NCBI GenBank assembly: GCA_045661285.1 | Contig: JAZRFI010000088.1 | Span: 1-45,900, forward strand | Origin: Eubacteriales bacterium | GTDB taxonomy: Bacteria; Bacillota; Clostridia; Oscillospirales; CAG-272 | DNA: 45,900 nt | Direction: 5' to 3' | The notes under the pieces: model-generated | Seen by the model: only the letters and a program-made list of their open reading frames with translations | The model's database searches: none | What the model was told of the DNA's origin: nothing | Program-made: the position numbers and the translations under genes | Shown here: in pieces, positions 28,686 through 36,122 of the stretch | How positions within the stretch are numbered: the stretch's first letter is position 1 | How the letters are laid out: each line of letters opens with the position of its first letter

Positions 28686-28714
28686 GCCCCCAAATCATTA
28701 CGGAGGTATTTGAA

Positions 28715-28993
28715 ATGCTGAAAATCAGTTTGCAATTCTTCGCCCACAAAAAGGGTGTTGGTTCTACCAAAAACGGTCGTGACAGCGAATCGAAGCGCCT
28801 TGGCGTAAAGCGTGCTGACGGTCAGTTCGTAACGGCCGGCAACATTCTCGTTCGTCAACGCGGCACGAAGATCGCAGCGGGCGAAAACGTCGGTCTCGGT
28901 ACCGATGATACCCTCTTTGCTCTGATTGACGGAAAGGTCAAGTTCGAGCATGTTACGAGAGACAAAAAGCGCGTGAGCGTTTATGCCGAATAA
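28715..28993 (+). CDS. rpmA: 50S ribosomal protein L27 (with cleavable N-terminal extension)
   Basis: [30 protein letters not shown]. The Firmicute-type 9-residue propeptide ends in FF before the mature N-terminus. Confidence 0.96.
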   Translation: MLKISLQFFAHKKGVGSTKNGRDSESKRLGVKRADGQFVTAGNILVRQRGTKIAAGENVGLGTDDTLFALIDGKVKFEHVTRDKKRVSVYAE

Positions 28994-29000
28994 GAAAAAG

Positions 29001-29029
29001 GCGAGAACGAATTTCGTTCTCGCTTTTTT
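29001..29029. terminator. bidirectional intrinsic terminator
   Basis: GCGAGAACGA-att-TCGTTCTCGC with an A-rich 5' flank and a TTTTTT 3' flank. It lies between the rpmA stop and the stop of the convergent lipoprotein gene. Confidence 0.8.
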
Positions 29030-29031
29030 AT

Positions 29032-30141
29032 TTAATTTAAGATCAAGCTTCGTTTCGCGGCAAAATCGGTCATAGCGATATAGCTTCTTCCGCGGTTTAC
29101 CGTCAGTCTTTCCCCGTTTTCAAGGGTAAACGAAAGGCTTGAGGTTGCGCCGTCTCTCTTCCAAAGGATCTTAAAAGCCTTGCCCTCTGAAACGTAATAG
29201 CCTTCTCCCTCGCTTGCCGTATCAAGGGTAAGCACAGTTCCGTCCTTGGCCGAGGTGACGGTAGAATCAAAGAACAGGATAAAAAGATTGGTAAAGCTTG
29301 GTGGGATAGCCCCTTGAGGCGTTTGCGCCTTACGAAGCGTATAGACACCGCTTAACGCGTCATAACTGAAGGAGGTGGAGGCGCCGCCGTAAAAGGGGAT
29401 AGAAACGTAATACGAGGGGCTACCGTTATATTCAAGTGTCTTTCCGATCGGCAAGACCGAATAAGGTAAGGCGATCCCGTTGGCGATGCGCTTTTGGAAA
29501 TTGGAGGCAAGGTATGCCTCGCGAAAAGCCGTTTTGTCGGATAAAAGCGAGGTATCCAGGGTGTCGTACAGAAAGGGAGTTGAGGGACGCCCGTTATCCG
29601 AAGTGCCGTGATAGACCGAAATGCCGAAAAAATCGTGTGAGAGGGCGGCAAGATAGGGGCGTATCGAGGAAATGCCGGATGCGTTATCCAAGCATCCCAC
29701 GTCCGAGCTAAGTAAAAGATATCGCTGTCCGTTTTCGGCGGTCGGCGCTTCGATCACGAGATCGGCTGTGGGAAAGCGCAAAAAGGCTTCTTCGTTTACG
29801 CAAAGGCCGATGGGACGCGTAAGCGAAACCTCTTTATCGCAGGGAAGCGACGAAAGGGGGGTATAATAGATCGGCGCTTGCGTGGTGGTAACGGGGGGCG
29901 CTGTGGTAGTCGTCGGCGCCTCGGTTGTCGTTAGCGGGGGCTCTGACGTCGTTGTAACAGAAACGGGGGCGGTCGTTGTGTTTTCCGTAATCGGTAGGAA
30001 AACATCGTTCGCCCCCGTTCCCATACTGTCTACGATCGAATTGAATTCACAAGAAGACAGCGCGATACAGGTGAGCAACACCGAAAACAGTGCTGCCGTA
30101 AGAAAAAATAGGGTGGTGCGGTTGGGGTGTTTTTCTTTCAT
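29032..30141 (-). CDS. putative lipoprotein, possibly DUF3048-like
   Basis: Signal peptide with lipobox (LTCIALSS-C) and a Thr/Pro-rich linker (TTTAPVSVTTTSEPPLTTTEAPTTTTAPPVTTTQAP). The segment LTRPIGLCVNEE...ADLVIEAPTAENGQRYLLL weakly resembles the DUF3048 N-domain (RP..v.N...AD.vyE...EGG.TR). Confidence 0.5.
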   Translation of the reverse strand: MKEKHPNRTTLFFLTAALFSVLLTCIALSSCEFNSIVDSMGTGANDVFLPITENTTTAPVSVTTTSEPPLTTTEAPTTTTAPPVTTTQAPIYYTPLSSLPCDKEVSLTRPIGLCVNEEAFLRFPTADLVIEAPTAENGQRYLLLSSDVGCLDNASGISSIRPYLAALSHDFFGISVYHGTSDNGRPSTPFLYDTLDTSLLSDKTAFREAYLASNFQKRIANGIALPYSVLPIGKTLEYNGSPSYYVSIPFYGGASTSFSYDALSGVYTLRKAQTPQGAIPPSFTNLFILFFDSTVTSAKDGTVLTLDTASEGEGYYVSEGKAFKILWKRDGATSSLSFTLENGERLTVNRGRSYIAMTDFAAKRSLILN

Positions 30142-30194
30142 AATTGCTACCTCTCTCGACGGATCCCGTCGGCAATTAAAAAGGAAAACAGAAA

Positions 30195-30485
30195 TTATTT
30201 GTTTGCTCTATCGAGCCAGGCAGTCCCAAGCTCCAAGGCTTCACTCAATCCGTCAACGACCTTCTGCTTGTTTTCGTACAGCTTGTGATCGTCGGTGGAA
30301 AGAATTTGTACCATGACCTTTCCCGGAATTTTTTCGCCGAGGGAAGGATCCTCGACCGTATTCATGATCATAAGAAAAAGATAATATTTTTCCGACATAT
30401 CGCCGTAGAAGATCTCGTTTCCTTGGCGAACCAGGGGTTTCCCCTTATATTCGATAAAATTACCTTTAATTCCGATTGCTTCCAT
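30195..30485 (-). CDS. hypothetical small cytoplasmic protein (96 aa)
   Basis: ATG 30485 is preceded by an AAAGGAG RBS and by the promoter at 30535-30563. Sequence begins MEAIGIKGNFIEYKGKPLVRQGNEIFYG.... No family recognised. Confidence 0.55.
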   Translation of the reverse strand: MEAIGIKGNFIEYKGKPLVRQGNEIFYGDMSEKYYLFLMIMNTVEDPSLGEKIPGKVMVQILSTDDHKLYENKQKVVDGLSEALELGTAWLDRANK

Positions 30486-30534
30486 GTAAACTCCTTTCGG
30501 TATTTGAAAATGACTGCCCGTCCTTTTCACCGTT

Positions 30535-30563
30535 ATCCTATCACGGCTACCAAAAATTGTCAA
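30535..30563 (-). promoter_or_regulatory. sigma-A type promoter for the 96-aa ORF
   Basis: Minus strand reads TTGACA (30563-30558), a 17-nt spacer, then TAGGAT (30540-30535). Confidence 0.5.
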
Positions 30564-30608
30564 TTCATTCGACATTTTTAGAACCGCAAAAGATATCGGC
30601 AAAAAACG

Positions 30609-31799
30609 CTATATTTTGCGATACGGCTTGGAAAGAATGGCGTAATCCCCCGCTTGGGGAGTGGGCGTTGCCAAGGCAAAAAGGCTATCCGCCTTTTGCG
30701 AGAGCGCGGCTTGCGCTTTGGCAAGGGGAGAAAACGCGCGGGAATCCGCAGGCTTTGAAAGCAGAGCGATCGTGGCTTTTCGGCGGATCGTTGCCAGCTT
30801 TTTTTGGCCGACCGTATCCATGGCCAATATCTGCGTATATTGCGGTAATGCGTCAAGCTCGGCGGAGGTAACGCCGAAAAGAGAGTACCACAGCGAACGG
30901 CGGATATGGGCATTGGTATAACGCTTGGTTGAGGCAAGCGACAGTACTTCATCTATGCTTTGCGCGTGTTGCGCAAGGGTAGAAAGACGGTGAAAGAGAT
31001 CGTCTTCGGTTTCGGGCGAGAAAAGCCGCAGGGCGGCGAGGATAGGCCCCGAAAGATTAGAGAGCGCGGCGGGCAAAAGGCGGTCTTGCATAGCCCGCTC
31101 ATACACCGAAAAGGCTTCTTCGGGGATAAGCGCGCGAGCTTGATCGATGCGCCCTTCGGAAAGAGCGGATCGAACCGCCGTAGCCGATATAGCGCGGCTT
31201 GCATCCACATCGTGATAATCGTCTGCCCTTGTAACGGTAAAGGGCGTAAGAGGGGAAGTGAGCGACTGTATGGCGCGCAGATATTGCACAGCCAGAATGT
31301 TATTCGGCTTTTTTAATAAAGTTAGGTTTTCTTTGCCAAAAAGCGCTTCGTACGCCTCTTCTTGGATCAAAGCATATCCTTTCTTTTTTTCTTCCTTGGC
31401 GGCGAGCCTTTTTTTCATTTCGGCAAGAAAGGGGGGAGAGGAAAGGTTGGAGGCAACCTCTTCAAGAAGCGAAAGATCCCCGCATTCGCTGCCAAAGGCC
31501 AGCGCATCGACCCCGCCCAAAGAGGAGGCGATATGAACCCCGGCGCGCGCGAAATAATCGGCCCCCGAGCAAGAAAAAGGAAAGGGAAGCTCTAAGACCA
31601 GATTAACGCCGGCCTTAACGGCCGCCTCGGCGCGGATAAACTTATCGGTAAAGGCTACGTCGCCCCGTTGGGTATAATTTCCGCTCATCACGGCAATGAT
31701 ACAAGTATCGGCCCCAAACGACTTGCGAACCTTGTCTGTTAGCGAGGCGTGCCCACGGTGAAAAAGATTAAATTCGCTGATAACGGCAACGGTCTTCAT
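30609..31799 (-). CDS. tmcAL: tRNA(Met) cytidine acetate ligase (YlbM/UPF0348 nucleotidyltransferase)
   Basis: MKTVAVISEFNLFHRGHASL...IAVMSGNYTQRGD is the characteristic TmcAL/YlbM N-terminus. 396 aa. Confidence 0.85.
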   Translation of the reverse strand: MKTVAVISEFNLFHRGHASLTDKVRKSFGADTCIIAVMSGNYTQRGDVAFTDKFIRAEAAVKAGVNLVLELPFPFSCSGADYFARAGVHIASSLGGVDALAFGSECGDLSLLEEVASNLSSPPFLAEMKKRLAAKEEKKKGYALIQEEAYEALFGKENLTLLKKPNNILAVQYLRAIQSLTSPLTPFTVTRADDYHDVDASRAISATAVRSALSEGRIDQARALIPEEAFSVYERAMQDRLLPAALSNLSGPILAALRLFSPETEDDLFHRLSTLAQHAQSIDEVLSLASTKRYTNAHIRRSLWYSLFGVTSAELDALPQYTQILAMDTVGQKKLATIRRKATIALLSKPADSRAFSPLAKAQAALSQKADSLFALATPTPQAGDYAILSKPYRKI

Positions 31800-31842
31800 G
31801 CGTATCCCCCTTTACCGTTCGAATTTCCAATCTTACTTATGA

Positions 31843-31871
31843 AGTATAGCATATTTTATAACCGAAGTCAA
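31843..31871 (-). promoter_or_regulatory. sigma-A promoter of tmcAL
   Basis: Minus strand reads TTGACT (31871-31866), a 17-nt spacer, then TATACT (31848-31843). Confidence 0.65.
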
Positions 31872-31931
31872 GAAAACGCGAAATTTCTTTTCAAAAAGGC
31901 AAAAAGGGCGATGAATGACTTTTTCCATTCC

Positions 31932-31960
31932 TTGACAATTCCTATATAGTGATGTATAAT
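31932..31960 (+). promoter_or_regulatory. sigma-A promoter of the coaE string
   Basis: TTGACA (31932-31937), a 17-nt spacer, TATAAT (31955-31960), then an AAGGAGGTG RBS before ATG 31985. Confidence 0.8.
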
Positions 31961-31984
31961 ATTATAAGTTAAGGAGGTGGGAAA

Positions 31985-32602
31985 ATGCGCGTTATCGGGC
32001 TGTGTGGCGGAAGCGGGGCGGGAAAAAGCCTTGCGCAAGCTTATTTTGCCGATTTGGGCATTCCCGGGATCGATACCGACCTTCTTTACCGCGATCTTAC
32101 CGTCGCCGCCTCCCCCTGTACCGAAGCCTTGGCCGAAGCCTTCGGAAAAGAGATCCTTCTTTCGAACGGCGGCCTTGACCGACGCGCTCTTTCAGCGTTG
32201 GTCTTTTGCGGCGGCGAAGCGCAAAACGAGCGCCTTGGGCGCTTGAACCGTATTACCCATACGGTTATACTGGCCGAATGTCGAAAATGGCTTAGAGAGC
32301 AAAAAAACAAAGGGGCAAAGGCCGCGCTTATCAACGCGCCGCTTCTCTTTGAATCGGGCTTTAATAAAGAATGTGATCTTACCCTTGCGATCCTTTCGTC
32401 GCCGAACGCCAAATGCCAACGCATTATGAAACGCGACAAGCTGGATGAAGAAACGGCGCTTCGCCGTCTTTCTTCGCAGCATAGCGATGAATTCTTGTTA
32501 AAAAACACCGATTTTCAGATTGTAAACGATCAAGAACCCCGGCAATTACAAGAAAAAATTTATGCCTTTTGCCAAGTGCAAAAGCTTTTAACGGAGGAAT
32601 AA
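31985..32602 (+). CDS. coaE: dephospho-CoA kinase
   Basis: P-loop MRVIGLCGGSGAGKS and the CoaE fold length (205 aa). Confidence 0.9.
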   Translation: MRVIGLCGGSGAGKSLAQAYFADLGIPGIDTDLLYRDLTVAASPCTEALAEAFGKEILLSNGGLDRRALSALVFCGGEAQNERLGRLNRITHTVILAECRKWLREQKNKGAKAALINAPLLFESGFNKECDLTLAILSSPNAKCQRIMKRDKLDEETALRRLSSQHSDEFLLKNTDFQIVNDQEPRQLQEKIYAFCQVQKLLTEE

Positions 32603-32606
32603 GGAT

Positions 32607-33995
32607 ATGGCAGAGAACAAATACGAAGCCTTGCTTTGTAAAAGAGAAAACATTTATAAAACGGCAAACGAAGAGAAAATAAAAACCATCTTTTCGTACG
32701 CCGAATCGTACAAAAGCTTTTTGGATGCCTCGAAGACCGAACGGGAGGCCGTTATCGCGACCGTGGCCCTTGCCAAAAACGAGGGCTTTACCGAATACCG
32801 CCTTGGCGACGCGTTGAAGGCGGGAGACAAGCGTTATTTCGTTAACAAAGGAAAGGGGATCTACCTTTTCCGCATCGGCAGCGCCGATATCGAAGAAGCG
32901 GGGCTTCGTATTATTGCGGCCCACGTCGACTCCCCTCGCCTTGACCTGAAGCAGAATCCGCTTTACGAGGATGGGGAAATGAGCTTTTTGAAGACCCATT
33001 ATTACGGCGGTATCAAAAAGTATCAATGGCTTGCTACGCCCCTTTCGTTGCACGGCGTTATTCTTCGCCGTGACGGTAGCGCACTGGATATTTCGATTGG
33101 GGAAGATGCGGCCGATCCCATCTTCTATATGAACGATCTTTTGCCGCACCTCGGACAAGAGCAGGCGGCCCAGCCCCTCGGCAAGGCCATTCCGGGTGAA
33201 AACCTCAATCTTCTCGTTGGCGGTATTCCCGTGGAAGACGGGGAAGAAGGAAAGGCAATCAAGCTGAACGTATTGCGTATCCTCCATGAAAAATACGATA
33301 TTATCGAAGAAGATTTCGTCAGCGCTGAGCTTTCGGCGGTACCCGCCGACAGGGCCCGTGACGTTGGCTTTGACCGCGCCTTTATCTCGGGCTACGGCCA
33401 CGATGACCGCGGTTGCGCCTATTCCGCGCTTACCGCCCTTTTTGCAACCAAAGAAGAAAAACAGACCATCTTCGTGATCCTTGCCGATAAGGAAGAGATC
33501 GGAAGCAACGGAAACACCGGTATGTGCTGCCGCCTCTTCTCGGATCTTGTCGACGAGATCTCCCACGCCCTTGGGAAGGATCCGATCAAGGTGCGTAACG
33601 CCTCCTGCTGCCTCTCGGCAGACGTAAACGCGGCGTACGATCCCAATTACCCTGAGGTATATGAAAAGAGAAACAGCGCGATCATCTCGCACGGTCCCGC
33701 AATGAGCAAATTCACGGGCTCAAGAGGAAAATCCGGCTCGAACGACGCTTCTGCCGAGTACGTCGGCTTTATCCGCCGTATTTTCGCCGAAAACAACGTC
33801 AACTGGCAGCCTGCCGAGCTTGGTAAGGTCGATATCGGCGGCGGCGGAACGGTTGCGATGTTCATCGCCGAAGAAAACATCGATACGGTTGACCTTGGGC
33901 TTCCCGTCATTTCGATGCACGCCCCCTACGAGGTCATCTCTAAGGCAGACCTTTACGCGCTTCACGAGGCCTTCGTTGCCTTCTGTCGCGACTGA
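32607..33995 (+). CDS. M18 family aminopeptidase
   Basis: 462 aa. M18-type metal-ligand contexts IIAAHVDSPRL, SGYGHDDR, LADKEEIGS and SMHAPYE. Confidence 0.85.
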   Translation: MAENKYEALLCKRENIYKTANEEKIKTIFSYAESYKSFLDASKTEREAVIATVALAKNEGFTEYRLGDALKAGDKRYFVNKGKGIYLFRIGSADIEEAGLRIIAAHVDSPRLDLKQNPLYEDGEMSFLKTHYYGGIKKYQWLATPLSLHGVILRRDGSALDISIGEDAADPIFYMNDLLPHLGQEQAAQPLGKAIPGENLNLLVGGIPVEDGEEGKAIKLNVLRILHEKYDIIEEDFVSAELSAVPADRARDVGFDRAFISGYGHDDRGCAYSALTALFATKEEKQTIFVILADKEEIGSNGNTGMCCRLFSDLVDEISHALGKDPIKVRNASCCLSADVNAAYDPNYPEVYEKRNSAIISHGPAMSKFTGSRGKSGSNDASAEYVGFIRRIFAENNVNWQPAELGKVDIGGGGTVAMFIAEENIDTVDLGLPVISMHAPYEVISKADLYALHEAFVAFCRD

Positions 33996-35068
33996 TGGAA
34001 AAAAGACTTTCCGAGATCGATCTTCGCTTTTCGGAATTAGAGGCTAAGCTTTCCTCCGATGCGGTTGCGAGTCAAGAGGAGTACCGACGGCTGATCAAGG
34101 AATATAACGATCTTTTGCCCTTGGTGAACGCCTACCGAACGCTTTGCCGTGTAGAGGGCGAGCTTGCCGAGGCCCTTGCCGTAAAGGAAGATCCCGAAGC
34201 CGACGAAGAGCTTCGCGCCTTTGCGACCGAAGAGGAGAAGGAAAAGCGAGAAAGACTTACCGAGCTGCAAGGGCAAATTCGGCTCTTGCTTCTCCCCAAG
34301 GATGAAAACGATCAAAGAAACGCGATCGTAGAGATCCGCGCCGGCGCGGGCGGGGAAGAGGCGGCGCTTTTCGTCTCTGACCTTTACCGCATGTACCGCA
34401 TGTACGCAGATACCCAAGGCCTTTCGCTGGAGCTTCTCGGCTGTAACGAAACCGAGCTTGGCGGCTTTCGTGAGATCTCCTTTCGCGTTTTTGGGAAAGA
34501 AGTATACGGCCGCTTAAAGTTTGAAAGCGGTGTGCATCGCGTGCAACGCGTACCGCGCACCGAGTCGTCGGGGCGTATTCACACCTCGACGGTTACCGTC
34601 GCCGTGCTTCCCGAGGTCGAGGATGAAGGCGAGGTTGAGCTGAACCCTGCCGATCTCGTTATCGAAAGCATGAAGAGCAGCGGCGCGGGCGGTCAGCATA
34701 TCAATAAGACCGAATCGGCGGTTCGCATCCTTCATATCCCCACGGGCATCGTCGTCGCTTGTCAGACGCAACGCAGCCAGCTTCAAAATAAGGAAGCCGC
34801 TTTGCGTATGCTTCGCGCAAAACTTTCGGATATAAGGCGGCGCGAGCAAGAGGAAAAGACCGCCGCCGACCGAAAAAGTCAGATCGGTACGGGAGACCGA
34901 AGTGAAAAGATCCGTACCTACAATTTCCCGCAAGGGCGGATCACCGACCACCGTATTGGGTTCTCGGTCTATACCCTTGAAGCCTTCTTAAACGGGGATA
35001 TTCAAGCGATGATCGAAGCGCTATCTATGGCGGAAACTGCAGAAAAAATGAAAAATTACCATGATTAA
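33995..35068 (+). CDS. prfA: peptide chain release factor 1
   Basis: GGQ motif SGAGGQHINKTES and the RF1-type PxT tripeptide context VQRVPRTESSGRIHTS. 357 aa. Confidence 0.96.
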   Translation: MEKRLSEIDLRFSELEAKLSSDAVASQEEYRRLIKEYNDLLPLVNAYRTLCRVEGELAEALAVKEDPEADEELRAFATEEEKEKRERLTELQGQIRLLLLPKDENDQRNAIVEIRAGAGGEEAALFVSDLYRMYRMYADTQGLSLELLGCNETELGGFREISFRVFGKEVYGRLKFESGVHRVQRVPRTESSGRIHTSTVTVAVLPEVEDEGEVELNPADLVIESMKSSGAGGQHINKTESAVRILHIPTGIVVACQTQRSQLQNKEAALRMLRAKLSDIRRREQEEKTAADRKSQIGTGDRSEKIRTYNFPQGRITDHRIGFSVYTLEAFLNGDIQAMIEALSMAETAEKMKNYHD

Positions 35069-36110
35069 CACCAAAATTGTGACACTTAAACCGGGGCAGA
35101 AAGAAATCGACGCAGATTTCATCCGAGAAGCGGCCGATATTCTTTTGCGCGGCGGGCTCGTTGTTTTTCCGACCGAAACCGTGTACGGTCTTGGGGGGGA
35201 TGCGACCGATCCCTTGGCCGCCGAAAAGATATACGCCGCCAAAGGTCGCCCTGCCGACAACCCCCTTATCATACATATTGCCGAGCCCGGGGACGCCGAA
35301 GGGTATACCGTTACCTCACCGCTTTATTATCGGCTTGCCGAAGCGTTTATGCCCGGCCCGCTTACCGTAGTTATGCCGGTTCGCCCTACCATTCCCAAAA
35401 CGGTTACGGCCAATCTTTCGACGGTAGCCGTGCGTTGCCCCTCGCATCCTACGGCGCGCGCCCTTATTCGGGCCGCGGGCGTTCCGATAGCCGCCCCCTC
35501 CGCCAATCTTTCAGGTAGCCCCTCGCCTACCTGCTGTGCCCACGTTATCGACGACATGCAGGGGCGGGTGGATATGATCATCGACGGGGGAGAATCCGAG
35601 ATCGGGCTTGAATCGACCATCGTAAAGATCGAGGATGATAACAGCGTTACGCTTTTGCGCCCGGGGGCCATTACCCCAAAGGATCTTGAAAGCGTTTGCG
35701 ATAAGGTCTATATCGCCCCCGCGGTGTTAGATTCCTTAAAGCCGGGTGAGATCGTGCTTTCTCCCGGTATGAAATATAAGCATTACGCCCCCAAGATCCC
35801 CTTCTATTTGCTTTCGGGAACCCCCGAAAGGTGCGCTTCCTATCTTACGGAGCAGACCGGGAATTACGCGGTGCTTTGCTACGAAGAGGATATTCCGCTT
35901 TATAGCGAGCTGCTTTCCTGCCGCTTGATCGCCGTGGGAAAGAAAAGCGAACCCCGCGTCTTGGCGCATCGCCTGTTTTATACCTTGCGCGAGGCGGATA
36001 AGGAAGGCTTTTCGGCCTTATACGCCCCCTTGCCGCGCCCCGAAGGGCTTGGTCTTGCGCTCTATAACCGCATGATCCGCGCGGCGGCGCACCACATCAT
36101 TACATTGTAA
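35061..36110 (+). CDS. tsaC: L-threonylcarbamoyladenylate synthase (Sua5/YwlC type)
   Basis: YrdC domain (GGLVVFPTETVYGLGGDA, KGRPADNPLIIH, SANLSGSPSPT) plus the C-terminal Sua5 domain. 349 aa. Confidence 0.92.
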   Translation: MINTKIVTLKPGQKEIDADFIREAADILLRGGLVVFPTETVYGLGGDATDPLAAEKIYAAKGRPADNPLIIHIAEPGDAEGYTVTSPLYYRLAEAFMPGPLTVVMPVRPTIPKTVTANLSTVAVRCPSHPTARALIRAAGVPIAAPSANLSGSPSPTCCAHVIDDMQGRVDMIIDGGESEIGLESTIVKIEDDNSVTLLRPGAITPKDLESVCDKVYIAPAVLDSLKPGEIVLSPGMKYKHYAPKIPFYLLSGTPERCASYLTEQTGNYAVLCYEEDIPLYSELLSCRLIAVGKKSEPRVLAHRLFYTLREADKEGFSALYAPLPRPEGLGLALYNRMIRAAAHHIITL

Positions 36111-36122
36111 ACGGAGACGGAA

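Noticed and set aside
29860-30000. A repetitive GGT/GTC/GTT-rich stretch that looks like a tandem repeat on the plus strand.
   Set aside because: It is the antisense of the Thr/Pro-rich linker of the lipoprotein gene. This is low-complexity coding sequence, not a CRISPR, VNTR or mobile-element repeat.
32424-33692. Very long antisense ORFs opposite real genes. Examples: 32424-33692, 36747-37964, 14371-15399, 17966-18982, 20889-21884, 43780-44703, 13237-14037 and 1337-2110.
   Set aside because: Each lies fully inside a confidently identified gene on the other strand. Their translations are low-complexity and Arg/Gly/Leu-rich, with no recognisable motifs, RBS or promoter. This is the typical stop-codon-poor antisense frame of moderately GC-rich coding DNA.
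34530-34580. RF1 tripeptide reads P-R-T rather than the textbook P-A-T.
   Set aside because: The middle residue of the PxT motif is known to vary among bacteria. Pro and Thr, GGQ and the rest of the protein are canonical, so there is no evidence for altered stop-codon recognition.
35061-36110. Absence of prmC (hemK) after prfA, considered as a possible deletion scar.
   Set aside because: prfA overlaps sua5 cleanly (ATGATTAA) with no pseudogene remnants, and prmC linkage is not universal. This is an ordinary synteny difference.
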